A stretch of 64,000 nt of DNA. Source: Spirochaetota bacterium. Lineage in GTDB: Bacteria > Spirochaetota > Spirochaetia > DTKZ01. The number at the start of each line of letters is the position of its first letter. The stretch's first letter is position 1. The translations under genes were made by a program, and so were the position numbers. The stretch lies in assembly GCA_026418195.1 (NCBI GenBank), contig JAOABU010000095.1:17964-81963 (forward strand), read 5' to 3'. Under the pieces are notes generated by a model. That model was given only the letters and a program-made list of their open reading frames with translations. It made no database searches and was not told the DNA's origin. Shown one piece after another: positions 37,856 to 47,488 of this stretch.

Positions 37856-39234
37856 TAGTTCCGGCGATTCAGTTCTCTTGGAATAGACTTCAATAGTTCC
37901 AGGAGCTTTTCCTTTCCCCAGAGTTCAATAGGACGGGATTCAGCGAACTCCGAGGCCAGCCTGCTGAAGGAGGAACTGGTGAGAATGATTCCTCGGGTGA
38001 CATTCAACTGTTTCATCTGTTCGTGGAGGGATCGAACGGCAGACTCGTCCACGGGATCAGTCGTACGGAGAAACCAGAGGAGCTTGGGAATCTTTCGCGC
38101 GTTTCTCCACTTGGATTGGGCCTCTACTCCCAATATTTGGCATCCATTATGAATTTCTGTCACATCCTGAACACTCAATCCTATGGTGGAAGCCATATTT
38201 TTACACTGGGTAAGGAACTCATCCCTTCCGACGGTGAGAAAATCTTTTACCCGGTCGTCCTGCCGCAAGTCTTGGTACTGGTTGAGCTTCTCTGCGACGT
38301 CCTTAAAATTGGGTTTCTTTATGTAGATAGCTTCCCAGTGTTCAATGGCTCGTTCTAATTCTCGAAGTTTTTCGTAGCAGTAGGCCAAAAAATAGTGAGC
38401 ATAGAGCAGCTCGTTCTCCTCCCCCTCTTTGATGGTTTTCACCGCTCGTTCCAATTCCGAGGCAGCTTTCTCGAAATTGTTCATACTCATGAAACAGGTT
38501 CCTCGTTCGATCAACGCCTTCGTCTTGTAGATAGGATCTTTTTGAGCCTTCTCGAAGGCTGCAAGGGCAGGGGTATAGTCATGGTTCTCTTTCAGGAGTC
38601 GACCCAAGTAAAAGTAGGCTGCAAAGTTTTCTGGGTTTAGCTTCAAAGAAGCTTCCAACGCTTCCTTGCTTTCGATGATTTTTTTTGTCCGATACAGGAC
38701 CATACCAAGGTGAAAATGCGCTTTCCAGTTTTTCGGGTCCAATTCGATGGTCTTTTGATAGAACTCTATAGCTTTGGCCCCTTTGCCCCGTTCTTCGAAT
38801 AGTTGTCCGATGAGAAAATAGTACTCGGGCTGGTTGGGATCCTTTTTCACCAATAGGAGGTATTCCTTTAGCGCTTCCTCTGGTTGATTGAATTTGGTGT
38901 ATAGTTCTGCTATCTTTCTTCTGAAGGGGACTTCTCTACAGAATTCTGTGAACTGACCAAGGGAGTTCACTGTTTTGAGTTCCATTAGGGCTAGTTCTGG
39001 TTTGTTCTCTGCTAGGTACGCTAGTCCGAGGAAATAATGAGCATCCACATTGCGGGGATCTTTTGCGATCATTTTACGGGCTAATCGGATGGCTGCTGCT
39101 GTCTTATTCTGTTTGACTAGGGTTTCCAGAGTAGCGATCTTTTGAGGGATGATGATGGAGCGGATCAAGAAAAAGGCAAGGAAACCGATCCCCACTCCGA
39201 GGATTATTATAGCTATGATCATCAAGGGCATCAT
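37855..39234 (-). CDS. Membrane-anchored TPR-repeat protein with C-terminal Mrr_cat-like restriction-endonuclease-fold domain
   Basis: N-terminal TM helix, about 8 TPR units, then a C-terminal segment (ILGVEAQSKW ... GIILTSSSFSRLASEFAE ... ELWGKEKLLELL) resembling the Mrr catalytic domain. Confidence 0.6.
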   Translation of the reverse strand: MMPLMIIAIIILGVGIGFLAFFLIRSIIIPQKIATLETLVKQNKTAAAIRLARKMIAKDPRNVDAHYFLGLAYLAENKPELALMELKTVNSLGQFTEFCREVPFRRKIAELYTKFNQPEEALKEYLLLVKKDPNQPEYYFLIGQLFEERGKGAKAIEFYQKTIELDPKNWKAHFHLGMVLYRTKKIIESKEALEASLKLNPENFAAYFYLGRLLKENHDYTPALAAFEKAQKDPIYKTKALIERGTCFMSMNNFEKAASELERAVKTIKEGEENELLYAHYFLAYCYEKLRELERAIEHWEAIYIKKPNFKDVAEKLNQYQDLRQDDRVKDFLTVGRDEFLTQCKNMASTIGLSVQDVTEIHNGCQILGVEAQSKWRNARKIPKLLWFLRTTDPVDESAVRSLHEQMKQLNVTRGIILTSSSFSRLASEFAESRPIELWGKEKLLELLKSIPRELNRRN

Positions 39235-39313
39235 GATCCTTCCGCTCCGATTCCGTAAGAGTAAAGTTTTTCCATTTCTCTGTCAAACCATTCTTAATAG
39301 ATCTCTTCCTCCA

Positions 39314-40090
39314 ATGATAGGACTCTGGAGGGTTCTCCTCTTCCTTTTATTCTTCTTAGGGCCGGGAGTCATTGCACAAACTCAAACAGCCTTTCAGGAA
39401 GGGGAAAGATTCTTCCTGAACAACAATCCTCGTTCGGCCATCCCCTTGTTGGAGCAAGCAACCATACAGGAACCAAGAAACGAACGAATCTACCTCTATT
39501 TAGGAATTGCATACGAACAAATAGGAAATTATGACCAGGCCATTCGAGCGATGAAACGTGGCTTAGAGTTTGCTTTGCAATACAAGGATCTATTCTATTT
39601 CAATCTGGGGAACAATCATCTAGCGAAAGGCGAGACAGAGACCGCCATTGAAATGTACACTAAAGCCCTTGAAACGAACGGGTCGCTGGCAGATGCGTTC
39701 TTGAATCGCGCGAATCTGGAAGTGAAACTGGATCGATTATCCGATGCATGGAAAGACTATTCTGCGTACCTGAACCTTGTTCCGGATTCTCCCCAGCGCC
39801 CACAAATCGAACGAATGATGGCCCTCATCCAATCTATCCTGCAAGATCGGGAAGCGAAACGGATCGCAGAGGAAAAGAGAAGGAAAGAGGAAGAGGAGGC
39901 GAGACGGATTGCTGAGGAACGGCGGCGGCAAGAGGAAGAACGGCGAAGGCAAGAGGAGGAGGCCAGACAGAAAGCTCTGTTGGAGGCTGTACTGAGTTCC
40001 TTGAAAGCCTCTACCGAAGGGGTAGGGAACCTTTCAGCAGAAAAAGAAGACATCCGGGAAAAGCGGATAGAAACGGATATTGAAGAATGA
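39314..40090 (+). CDS. Secreted TPR-repeat protein with highly charged R/E/K-rich C-terminal low-complexity tail
   Basis: Signal peptide MIGLWRVLLFLLFFLGPGVIAQ (internal start chosen; the listed start overlaps the divergent gene). TPR repeats. C-terminal RIAEEKRRKEEEEARRIAEERRRQEEERRRQEEEARQ. Confidence 0.6.
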   Translation: MIGLWRVLLFLLFFLGPGVIAQTQTAFQEGERFFLNNNPRSAIPLLEQATIQEPRNERIYLYLGIAYEQIGNYDQAIRAMKRGLEFALQYKDLFYFNLGNNHLAKGETETAIEMYTKALETNGSLADAFLNRANLEVKLDRLSDAWKDYSAYLNLVPDSPQRPQIERMMALIQSILQDREAKRIAEEKRRKEEEEARRIAEERRRQEEERRRQEEEARQKALLEAVLSSLKASTEGVGNLSAEKEDIREKRIETDIEE

Positions 40091-40107
40091 GGGAGGGATC
40101 TTAGACA

Positions 40108-42015
40108 ATGATGGATCGAAAAGTGTGGATTGGGGTAGGAATCCTAGCCCTGATCCTTTTGGCAGGAATCGGGTATGTAGTATTCGGACCCAAGGGGGGG
40201 GCGGTACAATCGGCCCGTAAAAATACCCTTCTTTTAGCAGAGGATTACAGTAAAAGCGGAGAGTATCAACGAGCTTTGGACCTGTTGGATCGGATTCTGA
40301 TCGAGAATGCCAACGATCAAGAGGCGAGGGCGTTGAAAGAAAGGATCCTTGCCGCTAAAAAGCAGGCAGAGGAGGAAGCGAAGAATCGGGAGCTCCAAAC
40401 CTTACAAGCCCAGAAAGAGGCTCTGGAGAAATCCCTTGAACGGTTGGCTAGGACAGCACGACCCACGTCTAGTGAGGACGCAGTGACGAAAATGCTGGAA
40501 GCTCAGCGTCTTCAAGCAGAACAAGAACGAAAGGTGCGAGAGGAGCAAGCTCGGAAGGAGGAAGAAGCGCGATTGGCTAAAATGAATGCCGAGCAGAGAG
40601 CGAGAGAGGAGAAGTTGAAGGCCTTACTCAAGCAAGGGGATGAGGCCCTCCAGATCCCGAACTATCTTCAAGCAAGGAACCTCTATGAAGAGGTGATCCA
40701 GCTAGAGAAGGACTCTTCCCGATCCCCCTATGCTGCAAAGGCGTACGCACGGACGGCAGAAGCTTACTTTCGAGCGAATCCAGAGAGTTCTGAAAATCGC
40801 CAGAAGGCTTTAGAGGCTGCAAATGAAGCGATTAAGCGAGATCCAAACCTATGGGAGCCCTATTTTACTCTAGGGAAGGTGTATGCAGCAGCCCGTAACA
40901 ATGATGCTGCCATTAAAGCTCTTACCGATGCTGCCCGGTTGAATCCTCAGAATGCGGAGATCTTTTTCGAACTAGGAAAGGCACAGTTTAGGGCAGGTTT
41001 ATTCAGAGAGGCTCGGCAGAGTTTCGAAACTTGTGTTCGGTTCGATCCCAATCATTCGGTAGCATACTTTAACCTAGGTGCTACCCTATTGCGTCTCAAA
41101 GAACAGGATAGAGCCTACGAGGCCTTTCTGAAGGCTACGAAGGTAAAGCCGGATTATGGGCGGGCCTATTTTGAAATGGGGGAAATCCTCCGAGGGAAAA
41201 ACGATTTCGCCGATGCAGCCTCCGCGTATGCTCAAGCTTTGAAGTACGAACCACAGGAAGCGAGGAATGCAAGGGGGTTGGCTACCGCTTTGTACAGGAT
41301 GGGAAAACTGGAAGAAGCGGAATCCTGGTTCCAAAAAGCGGTAGAACTGGAACCGGAAAGCGATGTGAACAATTACAACATGGCTTTGATCAAACTGGAG
41401 TTGAAAAAGGCGCAGGAGGGTCTTCCCTATATCACCAAGGCAGTGAAACTTAACCCTCAATCCGCAGAGTATGCGTTCACTATGGGGCAGATCAGTGAAG
41501 CGTTGGGAAGTAAGGAAGGAGCGATTGCTTCCCATCAAAGGGCAATTCAACTGGACAGGAACTACATTAAACCTCGCATCGAGTTAGGTCGGCTGTACGA
41601 TGAGGGGGGACAATATGACAAGGCATTGGAGCATCTACTCAGTGCCTATCGCATCGATCCAGAGTCTGTGGAAGTGAATAACAATTTAGGAAGTGTATAC
41701 CTTCACAAGGAACTGTACCAGGATAGTATCAAGCATTATCTTCGGGCTATTTCCAAGCAACCGAACGTACCCCTCATGCGGTACAACCTAGGGCTAGCGT
41801 ACGTAGGGGCGGGGAATTACACCGAAGCGCGAGACACTTTTCGTCAGTTGCTCAAGATGGATCCTTCCTATTGGGATGCCTATTTTGATCTGGGCAAGGT
41901 ACTGATCACCTTACAGGATAAAGCAGGAGCAAAGGCGATCCTACAGGAACTATTGTCCAAACAACCCAACTATCCAAAACGGAAGGATGTAGAAAGGATT
42001 TTGGGGAGCCTCTAA
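40108..42015 (+). CDS. Membrane-anchored coiled-coil + multi-TPR protein (Lmp1-like architecture)
   Basis: N-terminal TM, then a 150-aa E/K/R/Q-rich coiled coil, then about 12 TPR units. Lies next to mutL, as lmp1 does in Borrelia. Confidence 0.6.
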   Translation: MMDRKVWIGVGILALILLAGIGYVVFGPKGGAVQSARKNTLLLAEDYSKSGEYQRALDLLDRILIENANDQEARALKERILAAKKQAEEEAKNRELQTLQAQKEALEKSLERLARTARPTSSEDAVTKMLEAQRLQAEQERKVREEQARKEEEARLAKMNAEQRAREEKLKALLKQGDEALQIPNYLQARNLYEEVIQLEKDSSRSPYAAKAYARTAEAYFRANPESSENRQKALEAANEAIKRDPNLWEPYFTLGKVYAAARNNDAAIKALTDAARLNPQNAEIFFELGKAQFRAGLFREARQSFETCVRFDPNHSVAYFNLGATLLRLKEQDRAYEAFLKATKVKPDYGRAYFEMGEILRGKNDFADAASAYAQALKYEPQEARNARGLATALYRMGKLEEAESWFQKAVELEPESDVNNYNMALIKLELKKAQEGLPYITKAVKLNPQSAEYAFTMGQISEALGSKEGAIASHQRAIQLDRNYIKPRIELGRLYDEGGQYDKALEHLLSAYRIDPESVEVNNNLGSVYLHKELYQDSIKHYLRAISKQPNVPLMRYNLGLAYVGAGNYTEARDTFRQLLKMDPSYWDAYFDLGKVLITLQDKAGAKAILQELLSKQPNYPKRKDVERILGSL

Positions 42016-42038
42016 AACCGGGTGAAGCAGAAGTAGCC

Positions 42039-43811
42039 CTATAGAATTCGGCCTACTCCTCGTAAGAGTTCCTCCCGAGAAATCTGCACCCATAGGGGTC
42101 GTCCATGGGGACATCGGGGATTATCTAGGGAAAACACGTAACGCAAGATTTCGTAAGCAGGGAGAGGGCTAATCCCTTCTCCATCCTTGATAGCTTTCTT
42201 ACAGGCAATCTGGGCAAAGAGTTCCTGTTTTATCCTTTCCAAAGTCCCTGTCTGAGTTTTAACCAAGGTTATCACTTCTTCTTCTGCACCCCGAAACGCT
42301 GAGGGAAGAGCTGTCAAAGCCCAGTTCCCGGAGCGGAGTTTTTCCAGTTGCACCCCTAAGGGTCTTACCTTTGAAGCGTTTTCTAAAAGCCGTGCCTCCT
42401 CTTCTGGATCTACCGATACCTCCAGCGGGATCAATAGAGGCTGAGGAGCGTTGTCCCTACTCAGCTCATCATAGATGAATCGTTCATGGGCAGCATGCTG
42501 ATCCACCAGAAATACAGTATCGTTCCATTCTACCAGCAAGAACAACCCAAATACCTGCCCTTTGTACAGGAAGGGTGCATCGGGAAGGATTGGCGGTTGA
42601 TCTGAGGCTGCTTGTTTCAGGATAGAATCAGCAGACTCATTGAATGCAAGTCCTTGCTTTCCTCCAAAGGAATGAGGAAGTCCCCTTGGAATTGTTGGCG
42701 GTCTAGTTTCCGATCCTTCCCCGACCCAGAGGGAAGCTTGATCCCCTACGGGACTATAACCAGAAAGCTGAAGGTTTCGCAGGGAAGCTCGACCTTGGGA
42801 GAGAAGGTATGAGGAAAGTACCTCCAAGATCCGACTTCGCAGATCCTCCGTGTTTCGGATCCGAGCTTCTTTCTTGGCGGGGTGAATGTTGAAATCGACC
42901 CATTCCGGGTCGATTTCTAGAAACAGGTAACAGATGGGAAAGGTCCCACCAGGCAAGTAGGAAGAGAATGCATACTCAACCCCTTGCAGGAGGGAGAAAT
43001 CCCAGATTCGTCGACGATTCACATAGAGCTGCAGGTGTTTTCGATCCTTCCGGTAGGCTTCGGGAGATCCGGTAACGATCCGGAATCGGAACCCGGTTCC
43101 AGAACCAGATAGTTCATGGAGGGAGCTTTGACGGGTCTCTTCTGGATAGACCTGGGCAATTCGTTCTGTAAGGTGTGAGATAGGAAGAAAATGGGTCAGC
43201 TTACCTTCGATGAATAGTTTGAACTCCCGGTCAGGAAAGGGGAGAGCTTTTTCCAAAAACATGCTCCGGCAGAGGTTCGTTTCCGTGGAGGGGCGTTTCA
43301 GAAACTTCCTTCGGGCTGGAATGGCAAAGAAGAGATCTGAAACGGTGACTACAGTTCCTGGTTTAGCTGCTTGAGGAGTCAGACTGATCAATTGCCCCCC
43401 ATGAACAATCAATCGATGTCCTATTTCTTCTTCGATGGGTTTACTGAGGATCTCCAGCCGAGACACATTGGCTAAAGAAGAGAGAGCTTCCCCTCGGAAT
43501 CCTAGAGTATGGATTCGGAGAAGGTCCTCCTCAGATTCGATCTTCGAGGTTGCATGGGGAAGCCAACAGAGGCGTAAATCCTCCTCCGACATGCCCCAAC
43601 CATTGTCTACTACACGGATAGATTCAATTCCTCCACCTGTAATATGGAGGGAGATCTCCGTGCTTCCTGCATCGAGAGAATTGTCTAAGAGTTCCCGAAC
43701 AGCCGAAGCGGGTCGGTCTATCACTTCACCTGCTGCGATTTTACGGGCAACGGAATCCCGAAGGACCCGTATAGGGGCCCTTCGGATTATAGGTTCAGAG
43801 GACACAGACAA
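42039..43811 (-). CDS. mutL: DNA mismatch repair protein MutL
   Basis: GHKL ATPase N-terminus (ELLDNSLDAGSTEISLHITGGGIESIRVVDNGWGM) and a C-terminal dimerisation/endonuclease region. Confidence 0.9.
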   Translation of the reverse strand: MSVSSEPIIRRAPIRVLRDSVARKIAAGEVIDRPASAVRELLDNSLDAGSTEISLHITGGGIESIRVVDNGWGMSEEDLRLCWLPHATSKIESEEDLLRIHTLGFRGEALSSLANVSRLEILSKPIEEEIGHRLIVHGGQLISLTPQAAKPGTVVTVSDLFFAIPARRKFLKRPSTETNLCRSMFLEKALPFPDREFKLFIEGKLTHFLPISHLTERIAQVYPEETRQSSLHELSGSGTGFRFRIVTGSPEAYRKDRKHLQLYVNRRRIWDFSLLQGVEYAFSSYLPGGTFPICYLFLEIDPEWVDFNIHPAKKEARIRNTEDLRSRILEVLSSYLLSQGRASLRNLQLSGYSPVGDQASLWVGEGSETRPPTIPRGLPHSFGGKQGLAFNESADSILKQAASDQPPILPDAPFLYKGQVFGLFLLVEWNDTVFLVDQHAAHERFIYDELSRDNAPQPLLIPLEVSVDPEEEARLLENASKVRPLGVQLEKLRSGNWALTALPSAFRGAEEEVITLVKTQTGTLERIKQELFAQIACKKAIKDGEGISPLPAYEILRYVFSLDNPRCPHGRPLWVQISREELLRGVGRIL

Positions 43812-43816
43812 AGGTA

Positions 43817-46018
43817 CTAGAAATGGATCCGGGTTTCAATCCCAATGGAGGTGGATCGTTTAGGTTTCCCATCCGTATCGTACAGGATCGCACCGCTGGA
43901 GTCCCGATCCACCGTGGTGGTGAATGAAACGGCCAGATCCAGGGTTGGGGCAATAGGATACACCAGTTCTCCTTTGACTACTGTATTGGCATCGAACAGT
44001 TCTAGGTTCTTGCTTTTCCCATGGAGCAGGGTGGGCACAAATTGAGTTCTTCGATAGAGGAAACTGAATCTCATGCCGCTAAAAGGAGGCACGGGAATCA
44101 AGCCTTTCTCGAGGAGTAGGTATGCATCCAGTTGATCGTTGTCGGAAGTACGAATCGTGCTTCCTTCCATCTCCCAAGGCCAGAAATAGCCTACCTTGAA
44201 GGTGAGTTTCTTGAATAAAGTGAATCCACCGTCCCCATACACTCCCAAGGTGATCGTATCGTATGCCGGGTCCGAGGGGTTGGCCAGGTAATCGAGGATC
44301 TTTTTAGCCTCTAAGGGTCTAGATCGATCGTACAGACTGTCAAAGTATCCTATCCGGAAAACTCCATGGTACTGTCGGTACTCGAGTCGCCAGTTGAAAA
44401 GGGAGATATTCCCCAATGCGCCAGCCATCAGCCCATAGTTCCTTACCTTCAGCTTGCCATCTTCCTGGTGGAAGAGAGCCTTCGTAATGAACCCTTGGGT
44501 TCCCCATACGCTAGCTGGGAAATCCCTTCGCAGATAGGGAATCAATCCCGCGGCGTCGGCAAACAAAACAAAGGTTAATAGATCCCCTTGGAGAATAGGA
44601 AGATCTAGATCTACTGCAAGAGTTACAGGCATGGGGTCCACGTTCCGGATGAGAGGGGATACGGGTGTACTCCCAATCGTGGAAGGTAAATCCCCGGAAG
44701 GATCAGAATCCAGCGCAGCAGAAAAACCCAGTGCCAGTTTCCAGGGATAGAAGGGTCTTAGGTAGATGCGACCAGCAAAGATTTCTGGTTCTGCTAAATC
44801 TGCTGTGAGGGCCTCTAAGCCTATCGGACCTGCATCTATGCCGAGGTTGACACCAACCCTTCGCACAGCAGGAAAATCGGTATCGTTGGCATAGTCTCGA
44901 ACGAGGGAGCCATGACCCACCGTAACGTTATGGATATTCCCAACTTTGAAGAAGAAAGGATCCCGCTGGGAGCCATACTCGATGTATTGAATCTTCAATG
45001 CCAGATCCCGGAATAAGTCCTTCACCCCTTCTTCCGGTTCCTTGTTCCAATTCTTATCGGAGCCGAAGGACCACTCATTGTTTCCCTTGGGGCGATAGTA
45101 ATCGTTCGGGTTGAACAGATCTCCCGAGTAGATGATGGGTAGGTAGAACGCTGCACGTAGTTTGCCTATCGAAAGGGTGGGCTGTAGGATCAACCGCGAA
45201 TAGGTCTGCTCGTTGATGGTAACCGATCCGATTTCCATTGCCAAGCGGTCTTTCAAGAAGTCAAAGGGACCTGGTTTTGGAGAGGGGGGTGGAGATTCCT
45301 GTTTAGGTGGTGCCGGAGGAGGGGTTTCAGCTTTTGGAGGAGGTATGTCCCGGGGCACCTTGGCAGGATCGAGTTTTTCAAAAGTCACATCTTTGAATAA
45401 CTCGTCTATCTGTGCAGGCGTCAACGGGATGGGCTGGAACACAGGGGCAAACACATCCGCTGCGTGTCCTGCGGTTACGGAAATTCGTTCTCCAGTTTTT
45501 CTCGCAAACTCTACCACTCCCTCTCGCACCGCCACCCCTTCCCGGACCCCTTCCATCACTTCCATACCAAAATCGGTTCCCCGCACTCCGCAAACGGCTG
45601 AGGGGGTTCGAACCTCGTAAGCAGTTCCGATTTTCTTGGCCGCTATGGTTCTGAGCTTGCCAGAAGCGAGAGAGAAAACATTGGTATCAGGACTTTTACC
45701 GCCACTGAACGATTCGATTCGAAATTCGGTGTTGCGAGAGAGCTTGAGGATACTCCCGTTGGGGGATAGACGGAGTTCTGCCGTAGAAGCAGTGGTACGG
45801 ATGCGGTCTCCTTCTGAGAGTTGCATTCCCACGTACACTTCCACTACTTTGAAACCATCCGAATCCAGGATCTCGATACCGTTAGGATTGTCGAAGTATT
45901 CTAGAATAGCTACAGGTTTCCCTTGAGCCAATAAGGAAAGGTTGAAACCGATGAGAATCGCCATGAGTAATAGGGCGAATTGCCAAACCTTGATAGCACT
46001 GCTCTGGGTAGTCTTCAT
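43817..46018 (-). CDS. Secreted FecR-domain protein with proline-rich linker and C-terminal predicted beta-barrel/OMP-like domain
   Basis: Signal peptide. FecR-like N-terminal domain (GDRIRTTASTAELRLSPNGSILKLSRNTEFRIE). PPPKAETPPPAPPKQESPPPSPKPGP linker. Ends ...IETRIHF. Confidence 0.55.
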   Translation of the reverse strand: MKTTQSSAIKVWQFALLLMAILIGFNLSLLAQGKPVAILEYFDNPNGIEILDSDGFKVVEVYVGMQLSEGDRIRTTASTAELRLSPNGSILKLSRNTEFRIESFSGGKSPDTNVFSLASGKLRTIAAKKIGTAYEVRTPSAVCGVRGTDFGMEVMEGVREGVAVREGVVEFARKTGERISVTAGHAADVFAPVFQPIPLTPAQIDELFKDVTFEKLDPAKVPRDIPPPKAETPPPAPPKQESPPPSPKPGPFDFLKDRLAMEIGSVTINEQTYSRLILQPTLSIGKLRAAFYLPIIYSGDLFNPNDYYRPKGNNEWSFGSDKNWNKEPEEGVKDLFRDLALKIQYIEYGSQRDPFFFKVGNIHNVTVGHGSLVRDYANDTDFPAVRRVGVNLGIDAGPIGLEALTADLAEPEIFAGRIYLRPFYPWKLALGFSAALDSDPSGDLPSTIGSTPVSPLIRNVDPMPVTLAVDLDLPILQGDLLTFVLFADAAGLIPYLRRDFPASVWGTQGFITKALFHQEDGKLKVRNYGLMAGALGNISLFNWRLEYRQYHGVFRIGYFDSLYDRSRPLEAKKILDYLANPSDPAYDTITLGVYGDGGFTLFKKLTFKVGYFWPWEMEGSTIRTSDNDQLDAYLLLEKGLIPVPPFSGMRFSFLYRRTQFVPTLLHGKSKNLELFDANTVVKGELVYPIAPTLDLAVSFTTTVDRDSSGAILYDTDGKPKRSTSIGIETRIHF

Positions 46019-46031
46019 ACGGATACCTCCA

Positions 46032-47405
46032 TCAGTAGAGGGAAATGGTACTGGAGAGGCCCGAGGTTACGATCCACTTGTTGTCCCCCGGAGCCGAGGG
46101 GTCGTACCGCAAATGATACACTAGGGAAATCACAGCAGGACCGGTTCGATAGTTGATCCGGGCTCGGATCAGGGCATCTTCTCTCCATCTCTGAAAATCC
46201 TTCCAGTCGTCCATATTCTGTTTTTCGTACAGGGCATCGAAGGAGAATCCAGGAACAATTCCTTCCTTCAGAACGAGGATCGCTCTCCAGGTGAAATAGT
46301 TCCCTTCGATTTCTCCCAAGGGCCCTTCTGCATTGGTGGTGAAACTGAGCTTGTCCTGAAGGGCTGAAAATCCCAAAGAAGCAAACCAACCCATTCCTCC
46401 TTTCTTTTCCACTGTACCGTCGTACACTAGGTATTGTAGGGGTCGGAATAGGTCGTAGGAAGCTCCAAAGTAGGTAGGAATAAACTGGTCCTGTAGGTAA
46501 CGCAATTGGGCTCCATATGTCAGGAAGCGAAGCATTCGACCCCCTGTACCTAACATTGCGCCCCATCCTTCTTTCTGGGCAACCCCATCTCCAAACAACG
46601 AAAGGTTGAATAGATCCCCTTTTACGAGCGGAAGTCTGAAATCAATCCCATAAATGAGGACAGTGGCATCCGAAGGGGGAAGCAGGGCAGTAGGGTAGTT
46701 GGAATCTTTCTTTGCAAAATAACCAGGGTCCTGATCCGTAGCGAAAGTCGCTCCGATCTGCAGATCCTTCAGAAGGGGTAACGGTGACCCTACCCATGGT
46801 CGGGTATATAGCCGTGCAGCCACAAGATCAAAGGCAGCAAGATTGGACACAAAGGTTTCTATCCCGATGTAGGGTACTGATACGATACTTCCATCTAGGT
46901 CGAAGCTAAGACCAAAGATTCGAGTTTCGGGTAGGTAAAGAGCGTTGGAGTAGTTCCCTACAATGAACCCATTCCCCAACGTGGCATCTTCAATGGTCCC
47001 CATCTTGATATAGAGGGGATCCCCCTTAATACCGTAGCGGAGGTAACTAATCTTGGGTAGATAGGTTTCCAAGAACTCCTTGAAAGTTCCTACTTCCCAA
47101 TCTTCCCGTCTAACCTCAAATTCATTCCCCGAACTGCCCCCAGTAAACCGGTAATTCAGGATAAAGGAAAATCCAATGGCGAATTTTCCCCATCCGAACT
47201 CAGGGCTCAAGGCCAGGCTTTGGTATGTAATGAACTCAGGCTCGGTGCCTATTCCAGTATATTTTGGATTGGGAAAGTTCTGAACCCCTACCCCTAATCC
47301 TAAGCCAAAGGAAAATCCTGCCTCTGATCCTTCTTTGGATTCTGCATATATCCCGAAGGAACAGAGGAGAAGAACTGTTACCCATAGGATGCGATGGCCT
47401 TTCAT
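46032..47405 (-). CDS. Predicted outer-membrane beta-barrel protein (signal peptide, C-terminal ...ISLY)
   Basis: Signal peptide MKGHRILWVTVLLLCSFGIYAES, a Gly/aromatic-rich alternating pattern, and an aromatic C-terminal residue. Confidence 0.5.
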   Translation of the reverse strand: MKGHRILWVTVLLLCSFGIYAESKEGSEAGFSFGLGLGVGVQNFPNPKYTGIGTEPEFITYQSLALSPEFGWGKFAIGFSFILNYRFTGGSSGNEFEVRREDWEVGTFKEFLETYLPKISYLRYGIKGDPLYIKMGTIEDATLGNGFIVGNYSNALYLPETRIFGLSFDLDGSIVSVPYIGIETFVSNLAAFDLVAARLYTRPWVGSPLPLLKDLQIGATFATDQDPGYFAKKDSNYPTALLPPSDATVLIYGIDFRLPLVKGDLFNLSLFGDGVAQKEGWGAMLGTGGRMLRFLTYGAQLRYLQDQFIPTYFGASYDLFRPLQYLVYDGTVEKKGGMGWFASLGFSALQDKLSFTTNAEGPLGEIEGNYFTWRAILVLKEGIVPGFSFDALYEKQNMDDWKDFQRWREDALIRARINYRTGPAVISLVYHLRYDPSAPGDNKWIVTSGLSSTISLY

Positions 47406-47488
47406 TGAGTCCTCCTTCCAATCATATACGTAATAATATACCGCATTCGCAGAGAACTATTCTAAAGTATACCAGAAGGCAACAGTCA

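Noticed and set aside
39149-39313. Upstream start (39149) for the second TPR protein
   Set aside because: It overlaps the divergent TM-TPR-Mrr gene by 86 nt. The internal ATG 39314 begins a textbook signal peptide.
45213-45926. Plus-strand ORFs 45213-45620, 45412-45654 and 45636-45926 rich in Gly/Ala/Pro/Ser/Thr
   Set aside because: They are antisense to the proline-rich linker and flanks of the 733-aa FecR-domain protein. The biased composition is the mirror of the PPxP-coding strand.
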